24,000 nt of DNA from Promethearchaeum syntrophicum. GTDB lineage: Archaea; Asgardarchaeota; Lokiarchaeia; Sigyniarchaeales; Promethearchaeaceae. The position numbers and the translations under genes are program-made. The DNA lies in the NCBI RefSeq assembly GCF_008000775.2, contig NZ_CP042905.2:864043-888042 (forward strand), read 5' to 3'. Below are positions 16,998-24,000 of this stretch, piece by piece. The stretch's first letter is position 1. Every line of letters starts with the position of its first letter. Below the pieces are notes generated by a model. It searched no databases, was not told the DNA's origin, and worked only from the letters and a program-made list of their open reading frames with translations.

Positions 16998-18474
16998 CAG
17001 TCTTCAAGGTTATAAACTCGACGATAAAAAACGTCCCTAAGTCTAATCTATGAAAACGATAGAAGATATAAAGGGGAAAGGAGAATATTTATATGATAAT
17101 CTATGAATATTGCAAGGAGTCGTTCGATTTCCAGATCGAAAAACCTTCCTTTCCCTAAAGATATATTTCTCCTCGGAGAATTTAAATCTTTGGTTAACAG
17201 TTTGGTCACTCGATTAGGAATCGCGAAAAGATTTAAGCCCAGGCTCTATTCATATGCAGATTTTGTGTTTGTTAAATTTTATGCTTTAATAACTTCGACG
17301 CCGATAGAAAGAGCTTCGGAACGCCTTAATAACTGGTTGGTACTCCAATATTTCAATAAGTACAAGTTAAAACCAAAAAATTTTCAAGACGGAGTTCGTA
17401 AACGGCGCTTAGTACCACATCAAACCGATGTTGATAAATTTTTCAGATTGTTATCTGAAAAAGAAGTCAATATGTTGTTCGGAAATCTATTAATGAACGT
17501 TGTACTGAAGGTTAAAGCTAGATGTATCGGAGGATCAAAACTCAGATTCTTAGTTGACAACACTGAATATGCATATTATGGCAAGCCCAACTCGCTTTTT
17601 GAAATTGGAACCAATCGAAAACCAGGAACTCGGTTCTGTCGCATGTTTCAAGGGCATGCACTTCACGGATCTGGAATGACATTGTTTACTGATTTCTATT
17701 TACTTCAAAAAGGGAAATATCGTTGTCTTAACATCCCTCATTCGGTAGAATGGATAAGGTGGTCGGGAATTAATCTTTCCTATTCTCTCATGGATAGAGA
17801 ATTTTACCGCGCCGCCTTAATCAAAGATCTTAAAACCTGTAAACTTCCAGTTCTTATTCCCGCGAAGAAATATCCCGGAATTAAAAGAAAAATCAAAGAT
17901 TTCTTGCTCGGAATAGGTCCATTGGTATCAGTTTATCACTTTTCACAAACCCAAAAGGTAAAACCATGGCCGAGTTCGGTTCATGTGAATTTTGTCGTTA
18001 TTGGCCATAAAAATGTATTAGCAACCGAAATACGGCGCCAATTCAGACAAGGTATTTTAACGTTCGATGAAGCAATAAAACAGTTAGCAGGGTTCTTTAC
18101 AACTCTCAAACCTTGGAAAAATCATTCACGATGGGCTAAATGGCTTTCACGAGCATATAAAAAAAGATGGAATGAAGAGACGGGGTTCAGTAAGTTGAAT
18201 GATATTCACAAAAGTTTCCGGAATCATTATCCGAATGTGCAATTATCTCAGCTCTATATGAGAGCAATAATTTATAACAATTGGCAATATTTCAAAAGAG
18301 AAGCAGAAAAATCCGGAATTAGAGCTTCAAAGAGAAGTTTAGCTGTGTTTTTAGAGACATTAGAATGGAGAATCTATAATCTAATTGAACAATCAGTGAG
18401 TTATAATTTAAAATATTTACAGAAAAAAAGAAGGAGGTTATATTTTGAAAGTTAATTTATAACCTTAAAGACTG
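16998..18474 (+). mobile_element. IS element (IS4/ISH3-like DDE type), 1477 bp, 19-bp terminal inverted repeats, possible 6-bp target duplication
   Basis: IR-L is CAGTCTTCAAGGTTATAAA (16998-17016). The reverse complement of IR-R (18456-18474) is CAGTCTTTAAGGTTATAAA, an 18/19 match. AATAAA flanks both ends (16992-16997 and 18475-18480). A single transposase ORF fills the interior, and its stop codon abuts IR-R. Confidence 0.75.
17103..18455 (+). CDS. DDE transposase (IS4/ISH3-like)
   Basis: 450-aa ORF. The candidate catalytic triad is FLVDNTEY (D1), SLMDREFY (D2) and YKKRWNEETGFSKLND (Y-x2-R-x3-E signature). The spacing fits the IS4 superfamily. Confidence 0.8.
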   Translation: MNIARSRSISRSKNLPFPKDIFLLGEFKSLVNSLVTRLGIAKRFKPRLYSYADFVFVKFYALITSTPIERASERLNNWLVLQYFNKYKLKPKNFQDGVRKRRLVPHQTDVDKFFRLLSEKEVNMLFGNLLMNVVLKVKARCIGGSKLRFLVDNTEYAYYGKPNSLFEIGTNRKPGTRFCRMFQGHALHGSGMTLFTDFYLLQKGKYRCLNIPHSVEWIRWSGINLSYSLMDREFYRAALIKDLKTCKLPVLIPAKKYPGIKRKIKDFLLGIGPLVSVYHFSQTQKVKPWPSSVHVNFVVIGHKNVLATEIRRQFRQGILTFDEAIKQLAGFFTTLKPWKNHSRWAKWLSRAYKKRWNEETGFSKLNDIHKSFRNHYPNVQLSQLYMRAIIYNNWQYFKREAEKSGIRASKRSLAVFLETLEWRIYNLIEQSVSYNLKYLQKKRRRLYFES

Positions 18475-18508
18475 AATAAAAAAAAAATAAAATTCATAAA
18501 TAGTATAT

Positions 18509-19633
18509 TTATAAAGTGGTAAAGCTCTCAACTGTTTTCTGATCTAATTTTTTGAGCATCGCAATAACTAATTGAATAGCGCCTTCTACATCCTCTAAAT
18601 CTAATAATGAATGATGACTATGAACATAGCGAGTTGCAATTCCAATAAATAAAGAAGGTACACCTGCTCCTGTGAGATGAATTGACCCTGCATCTGTGCC
18701 ACCTCGATTTAAAAAGCCCATTTGCCATTTTATCCCATTTTCTTCTGCGATTTTAATAGCAAACTTTCGAAATTTGGGATTTGCCATCATTGAATTATCC
18801 ATTGCATGAATGACAACTCCATCACCCATTTTTTGATCTGCATTTTTGGTTCCTGGAACATCTCCACTAACAGTGACATCTAAAGACATCCCTATATCTG
18901 GTTGTAACAGTTGAGCAGCTGTACGCGCTCCTCGACACCCAATTTCTTCTTGAACAGTTGAAACGCTGTAGATAATATTGGGGGGATTGGATTTTTCTTC
19001 TGAAAGCCTTCGTATAATTTCTAGAGCAATAAATACACCGATTCGATCATCAAAGGCTTTAGCCACCACAAGGTGAACATCCTTTTCTTCTTCTTTCCCA
19101 TTATCGTCTTTAATTAGTCGTTTGCGCTTAATACTACGATAAGTTGCATAGGGGACTGCAGGATCTCCAACTTTAATTCCTAACGCTTCAACTTCTTTCT
19201 CTGAATTACATCCAATATCCACTAAGAGTTGATCTAATGGTTTTACTTCTTTCATATCTTTAATGGCTCCAGGAAATGCTGATTGAATAATCCCAATAAT
19301 ATCTTCTCCCCCTTTAAATGGTCTAATCAAGATTTCTTGTCCTAATTGAACTGTAGGAAATATACCTCCAATATTTGATATTTTTAGAAATCCTTTTTTA
19401 CCAATACTTGAGATTATATACCCAATTTCATCAGCATGTCCTGCCAACATGATTTTTGGACCCGACTTACCATATTTAAAAATTACAGAACCTGTTCGAT
19501 CATAGAGAACATCATCTGCGAACTTTTGTCCATAGTCTCTCGTTATTTTTTGAACTTCATTTTCGTGCCCGCTTGGACCGAAAGCATTTGTTAAGGTTTC
19601 TAAGAGTTTTAAATCCAATTTATCATCTGCCAT
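18509..19633 (-). CDS. M42 family metallo-aminopeptidase (TET/FrvX/CelM-like)
   Basis: 374-aa ORF. It has the N-terminal LLETLTNAFGPSGHE motif and the metal ligands GHADEIG, AFDDRIG, QEEIGCRGA, LDVT and RYVHSHH. Confidence 0.9.
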   Translation of the reverse strand: MADDKLDLKLLETLTNAFGPSGHENEVQKITRDYGQKFADDVLYDRTGSVIFKYGKSGPKIMLAGHADEIGYIISSIGKKGFLKISNIGGIFPTVQLGQEILIRPFKGGEDIIGIIQSAFPGAIKDMKEVKPLDQLLVDIGCNSEKEVEALGIKVGDPAVPYATYRSIKRKRLIKDDNGKEEEKDVHLVVAKAFDDRIGVFIALEIIRRLSEEKSNPPNIIYSVSTVQEEIGCRGARTAAQLLQPDIGMSLDVTVSGDVPGTKNADQKMGDGVVIHAMDNSMMANPKFRKFAIKIAEENGIKWQMGFLNRGGTDAGSIHLTGAGVPSLFIGIATRYVHSHHSLLDLEDVEGAIQLVIAMLKKLDQKTVESFTTL

Positions 19634-19722
19634 AGTAATTGAAATATAATCCGTTTAGATTTGAATTTTCTCTTTTGTTCTAATTTAGGTTTGAAAAATT
19701 ATAAATAAAGAAAAAAAAATCG

Positions 19723-19883
19723 TACCGGTGGTGTGGATTATCCTTTCATACCATTTTTGCTATGAAATTTGGACACACGACCTCAGGATTTCTTATTCAA
19801 GCGCAATTCTGCGAAAGATCTGACCCTTTTTTTCAGAAACTCGATTATGAGTCCTGCGCTCTAACCAACTGAGCTACACCGGC
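19723..19883 (-). tRNA. tRNA with anticodon CAU (elongator Met or Ile2), interrupted by a 56-nt anticodon-loop intron and a ~31-nt insertion in the T-loop
   Basis: Minus strand reads GCCGGTG TA GCTC AGTTGGTTA GAGC G CAGGA CTCATA[56 nt]A TCCTG AGGTC GTGTG [38 nt] CACAC CACCGGT A. The D arm, anticodon stem and T stem are canonical. The 1:72 pair is G:U. The anticodon stem lacks the three G-C pairs of initiators. Confidence 0.65.
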
Positions 19884-19904
19884 TTGGAAAATCTTTGAAA
19901 TCAG

Positions 19905-19916
19905 AAATTTAAATTT
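19905..19916 (-). promoter_or_regulatory. TATA-like box (AAATTTAAATTT) 22-33 nt upstream of the tRNA(CAU) 5' end
   Basis: Position and A/T composition match archaeal TATA spacing. There is no other support. Confidence 0.3.
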
Positions 19917-19990
19917 CCAATTATTCTATAAAGTATATCATATTTCATAAAAATTTTGGTTCAGATAAAAAATGAAGAAAGGTTTTTTTA

Positions 19991-20410
19991 TCATTTAAGT
20001 AAGCAAAGAATCTCCGAGTGCAATATCATCCATGATTTTTGTATTATACTTTTCATCCCTATTAGATTAACATTAAATTCTTGAATTGGGATAATAAGAT
20101 TCGTCTTTGAACTGGATGTGGTTTCTTCTATGGGTGATAATTTTGTCTCATTTTCATCAAGAAATTCTGCTTTCCCAAAATATGAATTATATTCTATTAA
20201 ACCATTTACTGTCATAGCTTTACCTAAGCCGATTCTTTCTAATCCTAACTGATTAATGGTTTTTTTATCCAATGCAAGATATCCAGAAAATCCAGTATCA
20301 AAAATGAAATACTTAATAATGGAAATATTGGTTGACGGATTAAAAACTCTAATTGGGATTCGAAAAGTTTTTGTTTGTTTTTCAATTTTCCAAGCGATAG
20401 CAACTTCCAT
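19991..20410 (-). CDS. clan AA retropepsin-like aspartic protease, DTGF (AF_0612-like) family
   Basis: 139-aa ORF with the active-site motif FIFDTGFSGYLAL, then ..MTVNG..Y and a C-terminal NLIGMKSI flap/dimer motif. This is the layout of single-domain retropepsin-like proteases. Confidence 0.75.
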   Translation of the reverse strand: MEVAIAWKIEKQTKTFRIPIRVFNPSTNISIIKYFIFDTGFSGYLALDKKTINQLGLERIGLGKAMTVNGLIEYNSYFGKAEFLDENETKLSPIEETTSSSKTNLIIPIQEFNVNLIGMKSIIQKSWMILHSEILCLLK

Positions 20411-20411
20411 A

Positions 20412-20690
20412 TTAATCTACTTTAATATTTTTTAATTCTTTATTAATATCTTTGATTTTTGATCGAGAAAGAAACAAATTATCTTTGGGATCAGATTTTA
20501 AGGTTTCAAGTTCTTCTTTTGAATAAGGACCAACGATATACGGGAGAGATCCTGCAAAATTAAAATCTAAAACGTATTTTCGGGTCGCTTCTTTTAAAAA
20601 ATCACTTCTACTACTATAAAACCCTTTATGAATTATCTCATCGACTTGTTTTAATAATTTTTTTGGTAAACGAATTTGTAATGTTTGCAT
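20412..20690 (-). CDS. ribbon-helix-helix (CopG/Arc-type) DNA-binding protein with a ~45-aa C-terminal extension
   Basis: 92-aa ORF. LQIRLPKKLLKQVDEIIHKGFYSSRSDFLKEATRKYV is a classic RHH unit. Its stop codon (20412-20414) lies 1 nt from the protease ATG (20410). Confidence 0.7.
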   Translation of the reverse strand: MQTLQIRLPKKLLKQVDEIIHKGFYSSRSDFLKEATRKYVLDFNFAGSLPYIVGPYSKEELETLKSDPKDNLFLSRSKIKDINKELKNIKVD

Positions 20691-20705
20691 TTTAAATTAC
20701 CCCAT

Positions 20706-20721
20706 AATTACTTACGTAATT
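20706..20721. promoter_or_regulatory. inverted repeat AATTAC-TTAC-GTAATT (contains palindrome TTACGTAA) between a TATA-like box and the RHH start codon
   Basis: Read directly. It lies 16-31 nt upstream of ATG 20690. On the coding strand a TTTTTATAAAAT TATA-like box lies further upstream, at about 20733-20744. Confidence 0.3.
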
Positions 20722-20769
20722 AACTAATATAAATTTTATAAAAAAATTTTCTTTCTTCTTTATAATCAA

Positions 20770-21579
20770 TCATAATATTATTGAAAATTCGGAATCCTTG
20801 ATGGTTATTTTAAACTTATAGTAGAGTTTGGATAAAATATTTTTTAGATTTGTAGTATGTCTTTGATTTTCTAAAATTTTTATAGTTCTGTAGCCCAAAA
20901 CATATAGTCCCTCTGCAATTTTATCTTGAAAATCAGGTAAATTATTTGAAACAGCTATTAATCTTATATAATCTTCTAATATTTCATTTAACTTCTGCGG
21001 ATTAAAAATATGGATGGTTATATCCGCTCTTTCAGGGCTGAATGGACTGTGCCTATCGCGATCCCAATAAGAACCACCTCTCGACGAGAAGGAGGGACGG
21101 TATCTTCCAAACATGCATGTTACTTTTTCGCTCGAGAGTGCATTAAAAATAACTGTGTTTGTATGGCGGGGAAGATAGCCGATTCTACTTTTTTCAAACC
21201 AAACACTGACTGCATGGGAATCATATTGATTATATGGTTCGGGTTTTAAGGTAAAAATTGTTCCTTGGGGCAGTCTTTTCAGAATATGTCCATTTTTTGT
21301 ATAATAAATTCCTACAATTTGTTGATAGTAGATTGTATCGGGAGATTGGGATGGAATTTTAGGAAATATTGGGGAGATTTCTAAATATTGTTTATGATTT
21401 TGATATTTCTTTCCTGAAAAGTGGTTTTCGTGGCATTCAGAACAATAGTAGCCAATTTCTGAATTGTTTAGTAACCTTTTGAACAGAGGCAGAATTTCGG
21501 ATAAAATTCCCGCTTTATTATTAAATCGGGGATTCACAAAATTTGCTAAAAGATTATTATATTGTTGCAATTCGTTCAT
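20770..21579 (-). CDS. HIRAN domain-containing protein with an N-terminal CxxCHxxH motif
   Basis: 269-aa ORF. Residues ~86-160, IVGIYYTKNGHILKRLPQGTIFTLKPEPYNQYDSHAVSVWFEKSRIGYLPRHTNTVIFNAL, match the HIRAN consensus (GixYy..l..G..l.L..EP.N.yD.nAv.V......iGYlPr). The N-terminal YYCSECHENH may bind metal. Confidence 0.75.
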   Translation of the reverse strand: MNELQQYNNLLANFVNPRFNNKAGILSEILPLFKRLLNNSEIGYYCSECHENHFSGKKYQNHKQYLEISPIFPKIPSQSPDTIYYQQIVGIYYTKNGHILKRLPQGTIFTLKPEPYNQYDSHAVSVWFEKSRIGYLPRHTNTVIFNALSSEKVTCMFGRYRPSFSSRGGSYWDRDRHSPFSPERADITIHIFNPQKLNEILEDYIRLIAVSNNLPDFQDKIAEGLYVLGYRTIKILENQRHTTNLKNILSKLYYKFKITIKDSEFSIIL

Positions 21580-21976
21580 CTAGTCCACCCCAGAAAAATT
21601 TTCTTATTAATCTTACGATATCTTATTGATTTTTACATCTTACTTCTTCTTTCTATTTAAACATCGAAATTCGATTTAGATTTTGTATTAATTCTTAATT
21701 TATTTTCTTTGGTTTCACTTCTTATATAATTTTTATAAATAGGGTTTTTAATATTCATGCTTAATGGCTAATTAGGATTATTAATGCCAAAATCTTTTCC
21801 CTCCTTGTTTTTTACTTTATTTTATACCATATGTTTCATATGATTCAGTCCAATCAGATTGGTCACCATGATTCATTAGTAAAAAACATATGTATCTATC
21901 CTACTAATAATAACACAAGGTTTTTTTTTTAGTGTCACAGATATTTTGTTAATAAAGAACCTTTAGGTGAATCTTT

Positions 21977-22891
21977 ATGTCAGCGAAAAAAGAATATAAA
22001 GTTGGAGACTTGATCATCGATGATGAGTATGGAACCATCGATTCTACTGCTTCCGTAGTGGAAGCTGCCCAGAAAATAAAAGAATTAAAAGTTCCTGATC
22101 TAGTGGTAGTTGATGATAAGTCAAAAAATGTGTTAGGCGTCATTGCGGATTATGATATTGTCCAAAATGTTGTAGCTGAGGGAAAAGATCCCAAAAACAC
22201 ACTAGTTACTGATGCAATGTATATCATTACTCCTGTATCTCGAGAAACTCCCGTCAAGGAATGCTTCAAAGTGATGCAAGAAATGAATGTAAATGTTGTG
22301 CCCGTAATAGAAGAAGATAAGTTATTGGGTGTTGCTTCTATTCAAGATTGTTGGTCTTACATTCCGGATGAAAATCCAGATGATATTGGATTGATTAGCG
22401 TAGCAAATCCAAAGACAATGGAATTTTATGTCGCAAGTATGGTCACGCTTTTAGCATTTATTTTTGGGATTCTAATGCCAGCGATTGGTGTCTATGGATT
22501 TTTTAATGAAACTGGAAATATTCCTTCGATGGGGGAGTTTGTACCAAGAGAAGGAGCAATATGGGTATCAGTTCTCATTTGCAACTATGCTGTGTTAATA
22601 CTTGGAGTTCTCACTCTATTTTCAATCTTCTATGGAGGTATTTCTGATATGCGGAATTTTTATGTTTCCAATGTTATAAAAATACTAATTCCTTATATCA
22701 CGATTGGATTGATGATACTACAATGGATATTGTATGCAATGGCTTTTAGAACGACAGCGGGTGCTTCAGTAGATGGAGTTGGGTTGTTCTTTTCGATATT
22801 ATCTATGCTTTTATTGCTTTTAGCAATTAATCGCGATATTATGTTTAAAACCCAAGGAAAACCATCAGCAGAACAAGAGGTGGCAAGTTAA
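21977..22891 (+). CDS. CBS-pair domain protein with a C-terminal 4-TM domain
   Basis: 304-aa ORF. It has two CBS motifs (..VVEAAQKIKELKVPDLVVVDDKSKNVLGVIADYDIV.. and ..VKECFKVMQEMNVNVVPVIEEDKLLGVASIQD..) followed by four hydrophobic segments. Confidence 0.8.
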   Translation: MSAKKEYKVGDLIIDDEYGTIDSTASVVEAAQKIKELKVPDLVVVDDKSKNVLGVIADYDIVQNVVAEGKDPKNTLVTDAMYIITPVSRETPVKECFKVMQEMNVNVVPVIEEDKLLGVASIQDCWSYIPDENPDDIGLISVANPKTMEFYVASMVTLLAFIFGILMPAIGVYGFFNETGNIPSMGEFVPREGAIWVSVLICNYAVLILGVLTLFSIFYGGISDMRNFYVSNVIKILIPYITIGLMILQWILYAMAFRTTAGASVDGVGLFFSILSMLLLLLAINRDIMFKTQGKPSAEQEVAS

Positions 22892-22892
22892 A

Positions 22893-24000
22893 ATGCCTCG
22901 CGGCGGCGGATTTGGTGGTGGAGGATTTCGTGGTGGTAGCTTCGGAGGAGGATTTCGCGGTAGTAGGAGCAGTTTTAGTAGCAGTTTTAGACCTAGCCAA
23001 AACCGTACTAGACTGCCATTCGGTCGAACGGGGGGGCATAGATCAGTAGCAGGCGGTAGGGCTGGTCCATATTCCCATCATTATCATCATCGTAGTCGAC
23101 ACTACTATAGAAGACCATGGTATAGACGTTGGTGGTATTCTCCGTGGTGGGGGTACTATTATCGACCATGGTATTACTCTCCCGTATATGTAGGAGGGGG
23201 AATTGTGTTTGCGATTATTCTTCTATTGATATTTTTACCGTTAATGGGGGTTGTATTCGCTTTTCCAGGAAGTAGCTATGACGCGAGCGGGACCGTGAAT
23301 TATCGATCGACAGAGACTCTATATTTCAATGAGTACTGGTATGAATATGAAAAAATTGATTCTGGATCATCAATGACATTCACGATTCAGAGCTCATCGG
23401 AACCAGTTTCGTTTGCAATTGCTGATCATCCTTTTGATGATTTTCCTTTGACTACTAAAACAAGTAGCGGAAACTTTTCAATCGATCTCCAACCCAATTA
23501 TTATGAATACTATTCAATATTCTTACGAAGTGGGTCCAACGTTCAATTTGATTTCAATGCCAGCGCGGAAATTGATTTCTTCATAGTAAATATTCAAGAG
23601 TTTAATGATTGGTATTACGAAGACCCAACAAGCTTCTATTATGAGAATGCGAATATTTCAGCGGATGTAGGGACATATTATGTTGGGACTACTGAGGATG
23701 TATATTTGGTCTGGTATAATAATTATAATTCTTCCAATGTAGCGGTTGATATATTGTTATCATACGAAGCAGTGAATGTGCCCGATTTTAGTGGAGCATT
23801 ATATTCTGAAGAAGAGGTGTATTCTATCGCAGAAACTAACGTAGATATACCTTCAGACGGGACTTGGTATTTCTTTGTCTATTTCGATCCAATGTATAGT
23901 TCTGCTTACGAAACAGAAATAACTTTTGATGTTACATATGAAACAGACAATACCTCTATTGACGAGTGGATTAATATAAGACCAACTCTGATCTTTTTTG
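22893..24000 (+). CDS. single-pass membrane protein (3'-partial): RGG/FG-rich and Tyr/Trp/Arg/Pro-rich low-complexity N-tail, one TM, beta-rich ectodomain
   Basis: Not in the ORF track because it runs off the window. I translated from ATG 22893, which lies 1 nt after the CBS gene's stop codon, and found no stop for 369 codons. It reads MPRGGGFGGGGFRGGSFGGGFRGSRSSFSSSFRP..HHYHHRSRHYYRRPWYRRWWYSPWWGYYYRPWYYSPVYVGGGIVFAIILLLIFLPLMGVVFAF.., then a Y/N/S/T-rich domain with several N-x-S/T sequons. Confidence 0.7.
   Translation, partial: MPRGGGFGGGGFRGGSFGGGFRGSRSSFSSSFRPSQNRTRLPFGRTGGHRSVAGGRAGPYSHHYHHRSRHYYRRPWYRRWWYSPWWGYYYRPWYYSPVYVGGGIVFAIILLLIFLPLMGVVFAFPGSSYDASGTVNYRSTETLYFNEYWYEYEKIDSGSSMTFTIQSSSEPVSFAIADHPFDDFPLTTKTSSGNFSIDLQPNYYEYYSIFLRSGSNVQFDFNASAEIDFFIVNIQEFNDWYYEDPTSFYYENANISADVGTYYVGTTEDVYLVWYNNYNSSNVAVDILLSYEAVNVPDFSGALYSEEEVYSIAETNVDIPSDGTWYFFVYFDPMYSSAYETEITFDVTYETDNTSIDEWINIRPTLIFF

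Noticed and set aside
19760-19845. C/D-box guide RNA embedded in the tRNA(CAU) intron, as in some archaeal tRNA introns
   Set aside because: A CUGA (D-box-like) is present, but I find no RUGAUGA C box or C'/D' pair, so this is not supported.
21010-21249. 79-aa plus-strand ORF
   Set aside because: It is antisense to the HIRAN core of 20770..21579.
21850-21862. Palindrome CCAATCAGATTGG, with nearby repeated CATATG and TGATTCA motifs, in the 397-bp HIRAN/CBS intergenic region
   Set aside because: Short palindromes and repeats are expected by chance in AT-rich spacers. There is no adjacent regulator or second copy to support a function. It is only worth revisiting if the motif recurs genome-wide.
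21949-22143. 64-aa minus-strand ORF
   Set aside because: It is antisense to the first CBS motif of 21977..22891.
22845-23039. 64-aa minus-strand ORF (S/T/A/K-rich)
   Set aside because: It is the reverse-complement shadow of the GGN/CGN-rich RGG-coding region. The plus-strand frame stays open for 369 codons and continues into a TM segment and ectodomain.
1-24000. CRISPR arrays, rRNA genes, integrase-bounded prophage or island
   Set aside because: I saw no regularly spaced direct repeats, no rRNA-like GC-rich conserved blocks, no integrase or recombinase ORF, and no duplicated tRNA 3' half.

Overview
This is a strongly AT-rich window that looks archaeal. Both tRNA genes carry introns, promoters have A/T-rich TATA-like boxes, several genes start on GTG or TTG, and the proteins are rich in N, K and I. 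An Asgard/Lokiarchaeia-like origin is only a guess, based on the multi-intron tRNA and the roadblock/longin-like fusion proteins.

I support about 24 CDS. Roughly 0.2-16.9 kb is mostly membrane transport and housekeeping:
- a GPH-family symporter
- a NitT/TauT-type ABC importer, with its binding-protein gene divergent from a regulator-permease-ATPase operon
- two MFS-like transporters
- an AhpD-like protein
- a flavin-reductase-like protein
- a DUF998-like membrane protein
- an ICMT-like methyltransferase

Roughly 16.9-21.6 kb looks accessory:
- an apparently intact IS4/ISH3-like IS element with 19-bp inverted repeats
- an M42 aminopeptidase
- a tRNA(CAU) interrupted twice
- a tightly coupled RHH + retropepsin-like (DTGF) protease pair
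- a HIRAN-domain protein

The right end holds a CBS-pair membrane protein translationally coupled to a single-pass membrane protein with an RGG/FG and aromatic-rich low-complexity tail.

Most interesting candidates, none verifiable here:
1. Two roadblock/longin-like domains in unusual fusions: one to a 12-TM MFS-like transporter, one to a DHp + receiver module that lacks any kinase ATPase domain.
2. The RHH-DTGF protease two-gene module with an operator-like palindrome, next to the HIRAN protein.
3. The tRNA(CAU) with a 56-nt anticodon-loop intron plus a ~31-nt T-loop insertion.
4. The RGG/aromatic-tail membrane protein.

Other observations:
- a ~360-bp diverged direct duplication brackets a small membrane-protein gene
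- a hydrolase gene is inactivated by three nonsense codons without any frameshift
- several slippery homopolymer or microsatellite tracts lie inside or next to coding regions

No CRISPR array or rRNA was seen. All domain calls come from reading motifs by eye; no searches were run.
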